The notes under the pieces: generated by a model
What the model was told of the DNA's origin: nothing
Databases searched by the model: none
The model's input: only the letters and a program-made list of their open reading frames with translations
Shown here: positions 18,701-28,500 of the stretch, piece by piece
Layout of the letters: the number at the start of each line of letters is the position of its first letter
How positions within the stretch are numbered: the stretch's first letter is position 1
Translations under genes and position numbers: made by a program
From: Sumerlaeia bacterium
GTDB taxonomy: Bacteria > Sumerlaeota > Sumerlaeia > SLMS01 > JAHLLQ01
Direction: 5' to 3'
DNA: 64,000 nt
Assembly: GCA_040219255.1 (NCBI GenBank)
Contig: JAVJSW010000068.1
Coordinates: 64,001 to 128,000, forward strand

Positions 18701-20473
18701 CTGGTGGAGCCGCTGACCGAGCAGGCCGATCTCGATCGCCAGCGCTGCAACCGCCTCTTCCATCGCGTGCGCGACCTGAAGAATTGCGACAAGGGCTCGG
18801 CGGCCTGGATACAGTGCAACACCGATCCTCTCGAAGCGCCGCTGCCTCCCGAACTGCAGAAGCGCCTCGTCGAACTCGACAAGAAGCGCACCCTCTACAA
18901 GCAGAACCTGGAAACCGCCCGCAGCGCCGCGAACGAATTCGTGGCCCACGTCGAGAACTACCAGACCTTCCTGCTGCTCCTCGCGGACGCCATGGAACTC
19001 TCGGTGGACATCGAGGAAAACGGCGCCTCGATGAGCGACGAGGAGTTGACCGCCAAGATGGAGCAGCTCGCCGAGCTTCTTCAATTCTCCATGGAAGCCC
19101 TCAATAAGTACTACGACAACGTGGACGTGATCGAGCGCACTTTCGACGAAACGACGAAGAGCCTCGACGCCCTCGAGCAGGCCAAGATGATCGCGGCGGA
19201 AGAAGCCGCCATCGTGGCCAGCCTGATCGCCATGGACGAAGAATCGGACCAGGGCGACCCCGGTATCCTCGTCAACATCGGCGGCCAATCGGGCATCGCG
19301 GCCACCAAGTCCGGCCCCGGCGGCAACTTCGTCGCCTATCGCTTCGCCACCGTCGGCCGGCGCGACGACGCCGTCACCTTCGACGGCGGGACGGTCAACC
19401 TGAACGGCAGCCTGCCCGATACGCTCTTCAGCGGTCAGAAAGAACTGGCCTTCGGCACGCTTGCCTTCCCCTTCACGCCGCAGCAGACCGTGGAATTCGA
19501 CATCGCCTTCGACGCCGAAACCATTGGCCTGGCGATCGGCGTTCAAGACACCGCCGGCATCCCGCCGGTGGTGGAATTGCTGGTCCCCGCGCCTTCGAAG
19601 GGCACCGGCGGCGGCCTTGTCATTCCGCCGGGCGCGCCTTACCTGGTGCGTGGCACGGCCAACGACGATGTGGTGACCTATTCCTCGCGCTTCCAGATCA
19701 ACGGCGTCCCCACGGTGGCCCTCGGCACCACGGACACGCCCAACAATCCGAATCCGATGACGTTTGAAACCTTCCTGCAAGCCCCCGCCGGGGACGAGGA
19801 CGGTGGCAAGGGCGGCATCCAGATGCTGACCGTTCTGGCCGAAGCCATCGACTCGGGCGGCAATATCGGCCAGAGCGGCGTCGGCACCGTCACCGTGGAC
19901 CCGGAGGCCAGCTTCGCCGCCAGCATCGTCCCCGACGGCGCCATCACCACTGCGGGCGGGGCGCCCATCCAGTTCACCGCCACCATCACCGATTCGGGCG
20001 ATCCTCTGCCCTCGCCGGTCTGGTTCATCGATGGCGTCAACGGCGGCAACGCCGTCAGCGGCACCATCACGCAAACCGGTCTCTACACGCCTCCGGCGGA
20101 GTCGGAAGCCTTCGTCGATCAAGTGGACATCCAGGTGCTCAGCCTCGATCAGCCCCAGCTCGTCGGCCAGACGACCGTGACCATCGTGGCCAATACCATC
20201 CCGACAACGACCGTTTCGGTGCTGAACCTCACACTGCCCAACGAACGCAGTGGCCGCACGGCTAGCGAACCGGTCTCGGTCCTCGGTCTGTTCCTCTCCA
20301 ACGAGAAGAGCGGCCGGGTCGCCGCCGATCCGGTTTCCGTGCTCGGTCTCTTCATCTCGGACGAACGGGGCGGGACATCGAACTCGGATCCGGTTTCCGT
20401 TCTCGGTCTCTTCCTGCCCACCGAACAATCCGGGCGCGCCAACTCTGAACCCGTCTCCGTGGACAACAACTAA
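15722..20473 (+). CDS. Large secreted multidomain protein (dockerin-like N-terminus, Ig-like domains, PT linker, Cys-bracketed coiled-coil, C-terminal 20-aa repeats)
   Basis: Signal peptide; GDFNQDGVADSADL and LDFDQDEVLGKLDL; Ig-like strands; Pro/Thr linker about 17830-18080; VSVL repeats. Confidence 0.8.
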   Translation: MPILTRRPGVLCLPILVLSAQALLAQGDFNQDGVADSADLIAYQGAVAAVDPASPEAVDALDFDQDEVLGKLDLEILAGWLLGETFTLPPDLDVTNPPKGTIYTATSSMMIEGTVSQVVDLVIGDLEFPNTTGSFSRTVFFEPGLNIVEITASVPGDDSVPDARQTREVVLDLDPPVLEITAPVPNGPALAGEMVMVSGIVTDETPTEVRIVTSRANVRATPDIFGEWSTEVPVEPGLRDITVTVTDSAGLQNSIVLPVRTFLSPEQTLVSSGGALAMLPEGAIPMEDMVVRIDDVDNAELEGILGVDLLTQGPAGGFEELPEGAIIMPSAIMLEVQDGPEQGERQFMKDIEIALPNTANASNQMPLWIFQIQPDADGDGEPQLGLVSRARVSDDGQFIVPITDGDSPADEALPGFLDGANPRFDETTLGQVEAAKAVQNLKARLEGKAAFDPLAMNVGYAIPPYQAAMPSALDTMEPPPVPAALADLLPSTKRGQVAGKQALPFRLLIEDYEDRIPVGVPDLLNLLQPPGVTYFSAPTTATFSGIVPNPLQANDLIGQGNPARSSAPRIVGGVPVRGQLGPHADPDRFSVYMSFFGQEQAFDLMAAGFNGTGQVQLCFDTRGLAASNQQFSVTIHDGDGPGEFIDFTPADDWREIGINISNFDIDVTDMRRIEWRLTGPSGSPVNWNLDHVVLKSTVELSPPPTEPPPPTPTPTGTIVDPTPPPTPHPTATTEPPVTPTPSPTRSTTGGDPTPTPGPTSPPTPGPDETPTPMPTATPPMPTPPPDRPKTQVTFYCCAASAVIPYTGKTKCDDDENVDQQRLRDCIAREQAALRRCEADLKRLQDEIDRLANGGLQGHRTAFGSTVNVGGVNVPTVLGGSAFRMFPFLSPASKGLGVGRDVAVTIADGYMSVEDIAAAAQSGDRNQQTQAAVTTTARVLNNSVRFLAKDVEDGQITSQLQRRNGFKNALSATRLLTNLYKTVQAGYQMIDALYLVEPLTEQADLDRQRCNRLFHRVRDLKNCDKGSAAWIQCNTDPLEAPLPPELQKRLVELDKKRTLYKQNLETARSAANEFVAHVENYQTFLLLLADAMELSVDIEENGASMSDEELTAKMEQLAELLQFSMEALNKYYDNVDVIERTFDETTKSLDALEQAKMIAAEEAAIVASLIAMDEESDQGDPGILVNIGGQSGIAATKSGPGGNFVAYRFATVGRRDDAVTFDGGTVNLNGSLPDTLFSGQKELAFGTLAFPFTPQQTVEFDIAFDAETIGLAIGVQDTAGIPPVVELLVPAPSKGTGGGLVIPPGAPYLVRGTANDDVVTYSSRFQINGVPTVALGTTDTPNNPNPMTFETFLQAPAGDEDGGKGGIQMLTVLAEAIDSGGNIGQSGVGTVTVDPEASFAASIVPDGAITTAGGAPIQFTATITDSGDPLPSPVWFIDGVNGGNAVSGTITQTGLYTPPAESEAFVDQVDIQVLSLDQPQLVGQTTVTIVANTIPTTTVSVLNLTLPNERSGRTASEPVSVLGLFLSNEKSGRVAADPVSVLGLFISDERGGTSNSDPVSVLGLFLPTEQSGRANSEPVSVDNN
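20211..20460 (+). repeat. Coding tandem repeat, 60-nt period, 4 full units plus 1 partial
   Basis: Units start at 20211, 20271, 20331, 20391, 20451 and encode (P/T)VSVL(G/N)L(F/T)xxxExxGxxxxx. Confidence 0.85.
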
Positions 20474-20507
20474 CCTCCTAGAATTCTCGAAAGGACGCAG
20501 CTCGATC

Positions 20508-21920
20508 ATGGCTCCTTCAATTTCCTCCTCAATTCTCCGTTCACTTACTCTGGGAGCCGGAGTCTTGGCTCTGCCGCTCCTGGCCGGCGCCCAGTCTTTC
20601 AGCAGCGGCTCCGATGGCTCCGACGGCGCGTTCAACCCGCAGTCGGACATGACCTTCGATGTGACACAGGCCGAGTATAATTTCACCACCATCGACATTC
20701 CGCAAGGCGTCACGGTGACGTTCAACCCGGACCTGACGAACAACTCTCCGGTGGTCTGGCTGGCCAGCGGCGACGTGACCATCGCGGGCACCATCAATGC
20801 CGACGGTGAGCAGGGCCACGATTGCGACGCCGCGTTCTTCACCCGGTCGGTCGGCGGACCCGGCGGCTGGAGCGGCGGCACCGGTGCGCAGGCGCCCATC
20901 GGGGATCCGGACGTGTCTCTGCAAGCCACCGCCGGCCACGGGCCCGGAGGCGGCCGGGAGGCACAAAGCGATTTCGACGGCGGCAACGGCGCGGGGCACC
21001 TCAACCCCGGCAATCGCGGTCAGGGATCCCAACCAAACGACCGCATCGCCAAAGCCTACGGCAACTCCTTCGGCGTTCCGCTCCAGGGCGGCAGCGGCGG
21101 CGGCGGCGGCGGCTTTCAAACCAACACCATCGTCAAAGGATCTGGTGGTGGCGCCGGCGGCGGCGCTCTTCTCATCGCCTCTTCTGGGGACATCGCCGTC
21201 AGCGGTTCCATCTCGGCCGACGGCGGAGAATCCGGCGGCCGCACCACCACAGCCGATTGCTACTTTGGCGGTGGAGGCAGCGGCGGCTTCATCCGCCTCG
21301 TCGCGAACGACATCACCGTCTCCGGTTCTCTCTCGGCACGGGGCGGTTCAGGCGTTCGTCAGGACAGCACCAGCCGCTCCGGCGGCGATGGCTCCCTGGG
21401 CCGCATCCGTCTCGACGCCTTCACCTTCGATCTGTCCGGCTCGTCCGTTCCCAACGCTTCCACCGGGCCGCCGGTGCTGCTCGATCTGCCCAGCGCCGCC
21501 CCGCGCCTGACCATTGCGACCATTGGCGGCAACGCGGTGCCCAGCGATCCGAGCGGAACAACCAGCAACCCGGACGTGACCATCATGTCCAGCGACCCCG
21601 TCGCCGTGGTGGTCAACGCGGCCAACATCCCCATCGGCACCACCGTCGATCTGCTCGTCTTCGCGGCCAATGGCCCGAGCGCCATTGTCACGACATCCGG
21701 TCTCACCGGCAGTGTCGCCAGTTCGACCGCCACCGCCAACGTCACCTTCCAGCCCGGCACGACCCAGATTGTCGCCACCGCCCAGTTCACCCCGTCCAAG
21801 AGCCTGACCGCCCCCAACGGCGAAGCGGTCGCCAGCGTCCGCATCTCCTCGACCGCCGATGGCCAGCAGGAAGTGGCCTACACGACCGTCTCCGGCGAAG
21901 TGATTTCCGTTTCGCAATAG
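20508..21920 (+). CDS. Secreted glycine-rich beta-solenoid-like protein
   Basis: AAAGGA SD; signal peptide; FSSGSDGSDGAF, GGPGG, YGN..PLQGGSGGGGG, GGGSGGFIRL, GRIRL. Confidence 0.8.
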   Translation: MAPSISSSILRSLTLGAGVLALPLLAGAQSFSSGSDGSDGAFNPQSDMTFDVTQAEYNFTTIDIPQGVTVTFNPDLTNNSPVVWLASGDVTIAGTINADGEQGHDCDAAFFTRSVGGPGGWSGGTGAQAPIGDPDVSLQATAGHGPGGGREAQSDFDGGNGAGHLNPGNRGQGSQPNDRIAKAYGNSFGVPLQGGSGGGGGGFQTNTIVKGSGGGAGGGALLIASSGDIAVSGSISADGGESGGRTTTADCYFGGGGSGGFIRLVANDITVSGSLSARGGSGVRQDSTSRSGGDGSLGRIRLDAFTFDLSGSSVPNASTGPPVLLDLPSAAPRLTIATIGGNAVPSDPSGTTSNPDVTIMSSDPVAVVVNAANIPIGTTVDLLVFAANGPSAIVTTSGLTGSVASSTATANVTFQPGTTQIVATAQFTPSKSLTAPNGEAVASVRISSTADGQQEVAYTTVSGEVISVSQ

Positions 21921-21955
21921 ACCCCGCGGCTTCCGCTTCCTCCCTTGTGTCCCCG

Positions 21956-21985
21956 GCCCGCTTCCTTCGCGAAGCGGGCTTTTTT
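21956..21985 (+). terminator. Rho-independent terminator
   Basis: gcccgcttc-cttcgc-gaagcgggc followed by tttttt. Confidence 0.85.
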
Positions 21986-22072
21986 GTACCCACCGCCCCT
22001 CCTTTTCACCGATTCTTGGCATCATATTCTCAAAGGTGCATTCCAAGTACCCTCGTGATAGGGAGGAAAACA

Positions 22073-23419
22073 ATGACCGCCAGGCAAGCAAGGGAATGTG
22101 TCCGGCGAGCGGCCCGGCCAATCACAGACAATCCCAAGGATTTCACGCCGCTTCTCGACTTGATCGGCGACGCGCGTTTCGTTTTGATCGGCGAGGAATC
22201 CCACGGTACGCAGGAGTTCTATCGAGACCGTGCCGAACTGACGAAGCTCCTCATTCGCGAGAAAGAGTTTTGCGCAGTCGCCGCCGAGGCCGATTGGCCC
22301 GACGCGCACGGCATCACGTCCTACGTCTCGGGAAAATCGAACGGCGGGGCGGCTGGGGCCGAGCGCAGCCTCTCGCGCTTCACCCGCTTTCCGCTTTGGA
22401 TGTGGCGAAACACCGAAGTTCTGAAGTTTGTCCGCTGGCTCCACGATCACAATGCGGCCTCTGACGAAGAACCGGTCGGTTTCTACGGGCTCGATCTCTA
22501 CAGCCTTTTTGGGTCGGTCAAGGCGGTGCTCGATTTCCTGGAGAGCACCAACCCCGAGGAAGCCCGCCGCGCCCGTGAGCGCTACGATTGTCTCGGGCTC
22601 CTATCCTCGGACGATGGCCAGGCCTACGGCTACCGCCTCACCGCCGGTCAGAACGGCGATTGCGAGGACGAAGTCCTGGAGCAACTGGTGGCCCTCCGCG
22701 AGCAGCAGGCCGCGTTCCTCAGCGCCGATGGCCGCCGCGCCCGGGACGACTTTTTTTACGCCCATCAAAACGCCCGCCTCGTCCACAGCGCCGAGCAATA
22801 CTATCGGGCCATGTTCAGCGGCAAAGAAAACACGTGGAACCTGCGCGACCGCCACATGGCGGAAACGCTCGAGGAACTCGCCAACCATCTCTCCCAGCAC
22901 CAACCCAACCCGAAGATCGTCGTCTGGGCGCATAATTCGCACATCGGCGACGCGCGCTTTACCGATATGGGCATGCGGCGCGGCCAGCTCAACCTCGGCC
23001 AATTGGCCCGCGAACGTTATAGAAGGGGAGCAATCCTGATCGGGTTCTCCACTTACTCGGGCACCGTGACGGCGGCCAGCCGCTGGGGCGGCGTGATGGA
23101 GCGCAAGACGGTGCGTCCCGCTCTTGAGGAAAGTTACGAAGCCCTCTTTCACGAAGCCCGCAGCGGCGAGTCGTTCCTATTGCCGCTCCATGCGAACCGC
23201 GAGATTTTCGAAGCCCTCCTCCCAGAGCGCCTCGAGCGCGCCATCGGCGTCATCTACCGCCCGGAAACCGAGCGCTTCAGCCATTACTTCGACGCCTCCC
23301 TCTCGCGACAGTTCGATGCCGTCATCCATCGCGACGTCACAAGCGCGGTGGAACCACTCGATCATTCACTACGATGGAACAAGGAGCGCGTGCCGGAAAC
23401 TTATCCTCACGGCCTCTAA
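22073..23419 (+). CDS. Erythromycin esterase family protein
   Basis: GGGAGG SD; IGEESHGTQEFY, EADWPDA, RFPLWMWRN, GLDLYSL, WNLRD.HM, WAHNSHIGDAR, RAIGVIYRP. Confidence 0.92.
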   Translation: MTARQARECVRRAARPITDNPKDFTPLLDLIGDARFVLIGEESHGTQEFYRDRAELTKLLIREKEFCAVAAEADWPDAHGITSYVSGKSNGGAAGAERSLSRFTRFPLWMWRNTEVLKFVRWLHDHNAASDEEPVGFYGLDLYSLFGSVKAVLDFLESTNPEEARRARERYDCLGLLSSDDGQAYGYRLTAGQNGDCEDEVLEQLVALREQQAAFLSADGRRARDDFFYAHQNARLVHSAEQYYRAMFSGKENTWNLRDRHMAETLEELANHLSQHQPNPKIVVWAHNSHIGDARFTDMGMRRGQLNLGQLARERYRRGAILIGFSTYSGTVTAASRWGGVMERKTVRPALEESYEALFHEARSGESFLLPLHANREIFEALLPERLERAIGVIYRPETERFSHYFDASLSRQFDAVIHRDVTSAVEPLDHSLRWNKERVPETYPHGL

Positions 23420-23457
23420 CGCCGACCATAACTCAACTAAACGAGAGGAATTTACCA

Positions 23458-24123
23458 ATGGCTCACCGCACCGTTCAACACGATCAAGTCGTGATCCAGA
23501 CGGAAGGCCTCACTCTCGAAGGCGACCTCCAGCGTCCCGGCGGCGCCACAGGCCTCGTGATCTTCGCCCACGGCAGCGGCTCGTCGCGCCACAGTTCGCG
23601 CAATCGCTACGTCGCCCGCAATCTCAACGACGCGGGCCTCGCGACGCTGCTGTTCGACCTCCTGACCGGCCAGGAGGACGTCATCGACCGCCAGACGCGC
23701 GAGCTGCGGTTCGACATTCCGATGCTCTCGGCCCGCATGGCGGGGGCGGTGGATTGGGCGCAGAAGGCATTGCAGACCGAGGGCCTGCGCATCGGCCTCT
23801 TCGGCGCCAGCACCGGCGCGGCGGCGGCTCTGAACGCGGCGGCCGAGCGCCCGGCATCTGTGGCCGCCGTGGTCTCTCGCGGAGGCCGCCCGGACCTCGC
23901 GGCCCCCAACCTCCCTCGCGTCAAAGCCCCCACCCGCCTCATCGTCGGCGGCGAAGACGGCCCCGTCATCGGCATGAACCGCGAGGCCTACGATCTCCTC
24001 GACCTCGAAAACAAGGACCTCACCATCGTCCCCGGCGCCACCCATCTGTTCGAGGAACCGGGCAAGCTGGACGAGGTGGCGCGGCTCACCGCCGAGTGGT
24101 TCGACCGCTTCCTTCAGCCCTGA
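23458..24123 (+). CDS. Alpha/beta hydrolase (dienelactone-hydrolase-like)
   Basis: FAHGSGSSRHSSRN, GASTG, SRGGRPDLA, GATHLFEEPG. Confidence 0.9.
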   Translation: MAHRTVQHDQVVIQTEGLTLEGDLQRPGGATGLVIFAHGSGSSRHSSRNRYVARNLNDAGLATLLFDLLTGQEDVIDRQTRELRFDIPMLSARMAGAVDWAQKALQTEGLRIGLFGASTGAAAALNAAAERPASVAAVVSRGGRPDLAAPNLPRVKAPTRLIVGGEDGPVIGMNREAYDLLDLENKDLTIVPGATHLFEEPGKLDEVARLTAEWFDRFLQP

Positions 24124-24126
24124 TCG

Positions 24127-25284
24127 TCAGGGTTTCAGCACGACCTTCACACAGTCGTCTTTCTTGTCGCGGAACATCTTGTAGCCCTTGCTGACTTCTT
24201 CCAACGGCAGGTGATGAGTGATGATGTCGTCGAGGACCACCTTGCCGTCGGCCACGAGACGCAGCAAGTCGTCGATGTAATTCTGCACCGGAGCCTGGCC
24301 CAAGCGCAGGCGGATGGCCTTGTCGAACATCTGGTGCAGCGGGAACTCGCGGTAGGGCATCCCATAGACGCCGACCACGGTGACGGTTCCGCCGCGGCGC
24401 ACGGCGTCCAGGCAGGTCGTCAGGACCTTGTCGCTGCCGCGTTCCAGCAGGGCGGCGGCTTTCGCCTTCGTCAGGAGGCCGCGGTCTGGCTCCATGCCGA
24501 CGGCGTCCACGCAGACATCGGCGCCGCGGCCGCCGGTCATCTCGCGGATCGCGTCCACCACGTCCACCTCGGTCGCGTCGAGGACCTCGGCGTTCGATGC
24601 GCGGCGGGCCATTTCCAGGCGATAGGGCTGGACGTCGATGCCGATGACTCGGCCAGCGCCTTGCAGCCAGGCCGATTTCTGGGCCATCAGCCCCACCGGC
24701 CCACAGCCGAACACGGCCACCGTTTCGCCGCCTTTCAGTTCGGCCCAATCGATGGCGGTCCAGCCCGTGGGGAAAATATCGGTCAGGAACAGGACCTGAT
24801 CGTCCGACAGTTCTTCGGGGATGATGCGCGGGCTGACGTCCGCATAGGGAACGCGCACCGCCTCGGCCTGGCCGCCTTCATAGCCCCCGTAAAGATCCGT
24901 GTAGCCGAACAAGCCTCCGCCCTTGCCCTTCAGCAGGCCGCCCTGCGGGCCGTAGTGCTTCTCGTTGCTGTGCTCGCAGGCCGTCGGCAGGTGGTTGCGG
25001 CAGAAGTGGCACTGGCCGCAAGCGATGGGAAAGGGCACCACCACGCGGTCGCCCTTTTTCAGGTTGCTGATTTCCGAACCGACGTCCTCCACGATGCCCA
25101 TGAACTCGTGGCCTAGGGTCATGTTGCGGGGCTGGGGGAACATGCCGTCGTAGATATGCAGGTCCGACCCGCAGATGGCGGTGGACGTCACACGGAGGAT
25201 GGCATCGCGCGGGTGCTTGATTTCGGCGTCCGGAATGTTGTCGCAGCGAATGTCGCCTTTCGAGTGAAACACGGCGGCTTTCAT
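24127..25284 (-). CDS. Zn-dependent alcohol/formaldehyde dehydrogenase (MDR family)
   Basis: ICGSDLH, GHEFMG, CGQCHFC...C, GCGPVG. Confidence 0.93.
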   Translation of the reverse strand: MKAAVFHSKGDIRCDNIPDAEIKHPRDAILRVTSTAICGSDLHIYDGMFPQPRNMTLGHEFMGIVEDVGSEISNLKKGDRVVVPFPIACGQCHFCRNHLPTACEHSNEKHYGPQGGLLKGKGGGLFGYTDLYGGYEGGQAEAVRVPYADVSPRIIPEELSDDQVLFLTDIFPTGWTAIDWAELKGGETVAVFGCGPVGLMAQKSAWLQGAGRVIGIDVQPYRLEMARRASNAEVLDATEVDVVDAIREMTGGRGADVCVDAVGMEPDRGLLTKAKAAALLERGSDKVLTTCLDAVRRGGTVTVVGVYGMPYREFPLHQMFDKAIRLRLGQAPVQNYIDDLLRLVADGKVVLDDIITHHLPLEEVSKGYKMFRDKKDDCVKVVLKP

Positions 25285-25509
25285 AGGCTTTGGCCCTCTC
25301 TTTCCTTCAAAGTTGTTCTGAGGGTCAGCAAGCCACGTTCCCCCGTACCGGAGACCACTTTTCGGCACTCGGGCGTGAGTCTAAATTTGAGGGCAAACCT
25401 TCTCCAGATAAGACTTCACCTTGACGGTTCGCAGCCCAGAGTTTTGGCTAAGGGCGCAAATTGAAATCATTACTACGTTGGCAGTCCAACTCCGGGAGAT
25501 CGCCCCTCC

Positions 25510-28500
25510 ATGTCTTGCGTCTTCATCAAGCGGCTCACCGCCGCCATGCTTCTTCTTTTGTCCATCGCGCCCGTTGCGGGTGTTGCCTCCTCGCCCGAGG
25601 TAGCCGTTCAGAAATCCCACCACGAAGACCACGTCATCATCGTGAAATTCCGCGACGGACTGAAGGTCCGCTTGCGGGCGGGCGAGCTAAAGGAGGAATC
25701 GGGCAAGGGCCTCAAGAGTGCGGCCGAAGCCAAGGTCTTCTCGCGCTACGACGCCTCGACCTGGAAACGGCTTCATCAGGCGCCGGAGAAGGAACTCGAT
25801 GGCCTGCGGGCCTTGGGCGCGAGCAAGTCGGGCAAGGCGCTTCCCGACTTGAACAACTACTATCATCTGTTCCTGGCGGACGGCGTTTCGGCGCAGGAAG
25901 CCGTGAACGACTTCCGTGGCTTGGAGAGCGTGGAAGGCGCCTGGTTCGTCAGCAAACCGCTGCCCTCGGCGACCCCCTTGGAATACACGAACCCCGACCC
26001 GGCCGATCCGGCGTTCACTTATCAGGGCTATCTCGATCCCGCCCCCGAGGGGATCGACGCGCGCTATGCGTTTGAACTGGGCATCAACGGGTCCTTCATG
26101 CGCGTGGCCGATGTGGAGTATGGCCTGAATCACAGCCACGAGGATTTCCCCTCCATCACGCTGATCCAGACGCCGAACCTGCCCCAGGGCTTCACCGACG
26201 ACCACGGCACCGCCGTCATGGGGATGCTGTCCGCCGATCCGTTCAACGACTTCGGCGTTTCCGGCATCGCCTCGTCGGCCGATTTCTTCTTCTCGCCGAG
26301 CTACTACACCGGCGTCGTCAACATCCCCGCGGCGATCACGAACATACTCGCGGCGGGCGGAGGCGGGTTCGAGGAGGGCGACATCATCCTCCTGGAAGCC
26401 CAATCTGCGGGGCCCAACTTCGACAGTGACCAGAACCCTCAATTCGGGCTGGTACCGGTGGAGTGGGAAAAACCCACCTACGACGCCATCATCACCGCCA
26501 CCGCCAGCGGCGTCATCGTCGTCGAAGCCGCCGCCAATGGCTCGCAAGATCTCGACAATTCCGATTACACCACCGGCAACGGCGGCCATTTTCCCTTTCA
26601 GATGGCCGGCAACACGCGGCTCAAGGACTCGGGCGCCATCATTGTGGGGGCTGGGCGGGGGCCTGCCTACGGCGACGATGCCCGCAGCGCCTATGGCTAT
26701 TCGAACCATGGCGGGCGCGTCGATGTGCAGGGCTGGGGTGGTCTCGTCGTGACCTCCGGTTACGGCTTGCTATACCCGGGTGAGGACGAACTGGACGCGG
26801 ACTCGGACAACGATCTGTGGTACACGGGGGAATTCGGTGGCACGTCCAGCGCCTCGCCCATGGTGGCGGGCGCCGCCGCCCTGATCCAGGACTTCCACAA
26901 GCGCTTCGACAACTACGCTGGCGAGGTCCTGTCGCCTTCCGAACTGCGCCAGCTCCTGATCGACACCGGTACGCCACAAACCGGCAGCAACGAAATCGGT
27001 CCGTTGCCGGATATAAGAGCGGCGTTCACTTCGCTGGCCGGGCCGGACCTGCCGCTCGCTCCGGTGATTACGCCAAACGGAGGTCCCTTCGATGCGCCCG
27101 CCCAAGTCACCATCGACTTCGCCCCCGCCGATACCAACGGCATCAATCTGCGCTACACGCTCAACGGCAGCGATCCCACGCCCGAGGACTTTCAATTCAT
27201 CCCGAGCCAGGGCGACCGGCTTTATCTGAACTATTCCGCCACCGTCAAAGCACGCGCCTTCAACGGTCTGGGCCTTCCGGGCCCGGTCACGACCGCCGAA
27301 TTCGTTTCGACCACGCCCCAGGTCGAGCCAGTTGCCATCCTGCCGGCCAATGGTGAGTTCACCGGTTCGGTGCAGGTTTCCCTCAGCACCGCCACCCCGG
27401 GCGCCACGATCCGCTATCGCACCGATGGACGGTCGCCGTCCTTCTTCTATCCCGGCACACTGTACAATGGGCCATTCACCATCGACGACGACGCCACGAT
27501 CACCGCCCGCGGCTATAACGACGGGTTCTACAAGAGCGACGTCAGCACAAAGGAATTCACCCGTTTGCCGGATCCGGAGGTCACTCTGCCCAGCCCGACG
27601 ATCTATCCAGGCACCGGAGAATTTGCCGGTGGTCTGACGTTCTACATGGGCACCACGATCCTCGGCGGGGAAATCCGCTTCACGATCGATGGGTCGGAGC
27701 CCACGGTTTCCTCCCCGGTTTTCTCCGACCCCATCACGATCCAGAGCCCCCTCGCCCGGACGACCGTCACCGCCAAGGCCAAAGTCTTCCTCGATGGCTA
27801 CAACCCCAGCGACACGGCGACGGCGGAATACACGATCTTCAACGAACTCGACCCGCCCATCATCGAAGTCTCGCCCGGTACGGAAGCCGTTGGCCAAGCC
27901 ACCATCACCATGACCAACCCGAACCCGAGCGGCCGCATCCACTACTCGCTCAGCGGCACCGTCCCCTACCTCTTCGATCCGGTCTACAGCGAGCCCATCG
28001 AGTACGACGACCCGGGAGGCCGGACCATCTATGCCGTGGTGTACGACTCCGGCGTCTTCAGCGACTTCGCCGAGGTCCGCATCACCGTCTACAGCGAAGA
28101 CGCCGATCAGGTGGAAGACCCCGTCCTGACGCCGCTCTTCGGCACGATCATCGGTGGCTCGGAAGTCACCATGACCTCTCTGACCCAGAACGCCATCATC
28201 CGCTATGAACTCGGCGACAATGAGGCGGCCAGCCCCGTGACGACTTCCAGCCCCATCTACAACGGCCCCATCGAACTCCTCGATCAGGATGGCGACCCCT
28301 TCACCAACGACTTCTACTTCTTCCGCGCCAAGGCCTTCCGCACGGGCTTCATTCCCAGCAACGAATTCTTCAAGACCTACTCGGTCAGCGATCCCCTCGG
28401 CACCATCGCCAACCCGCAGATCACCACCGATGATGGCCTCGACCCCGCCACCGGCAAGTACATCAACCCCATCGACCTTGAATTCATCATCAGCACCACA

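Noticed and set aside
20211-20460. 60-nt periodicity as a CRISPR array
   Set aside because: Conservation is at the amino-acid level inside a CDS; there are no cas genes.
16883-21013. 1376-aa antisense ORF, and other long shadow ORFs such as 1882-4062, 6581-8365 and 26770-28971
   Set aside because: Antisense or alternate-frame shadows of real genes, expected at high GC; no motifs.
20822-22072. Apparent 865-aa erythromycin esterase with a long N-extension
   Set aside because: The extension overlaps the Gly-rich gene and crosses a terminator; a strong SD supports the start at 22073.
25385-25465. GGCAAACC...GGGCGCAAA resembling a c-di-GMP-I riboswitch
   Set aside because: No GNRA tetraloop/receptor, and the spacing and P2 stem do not fit.
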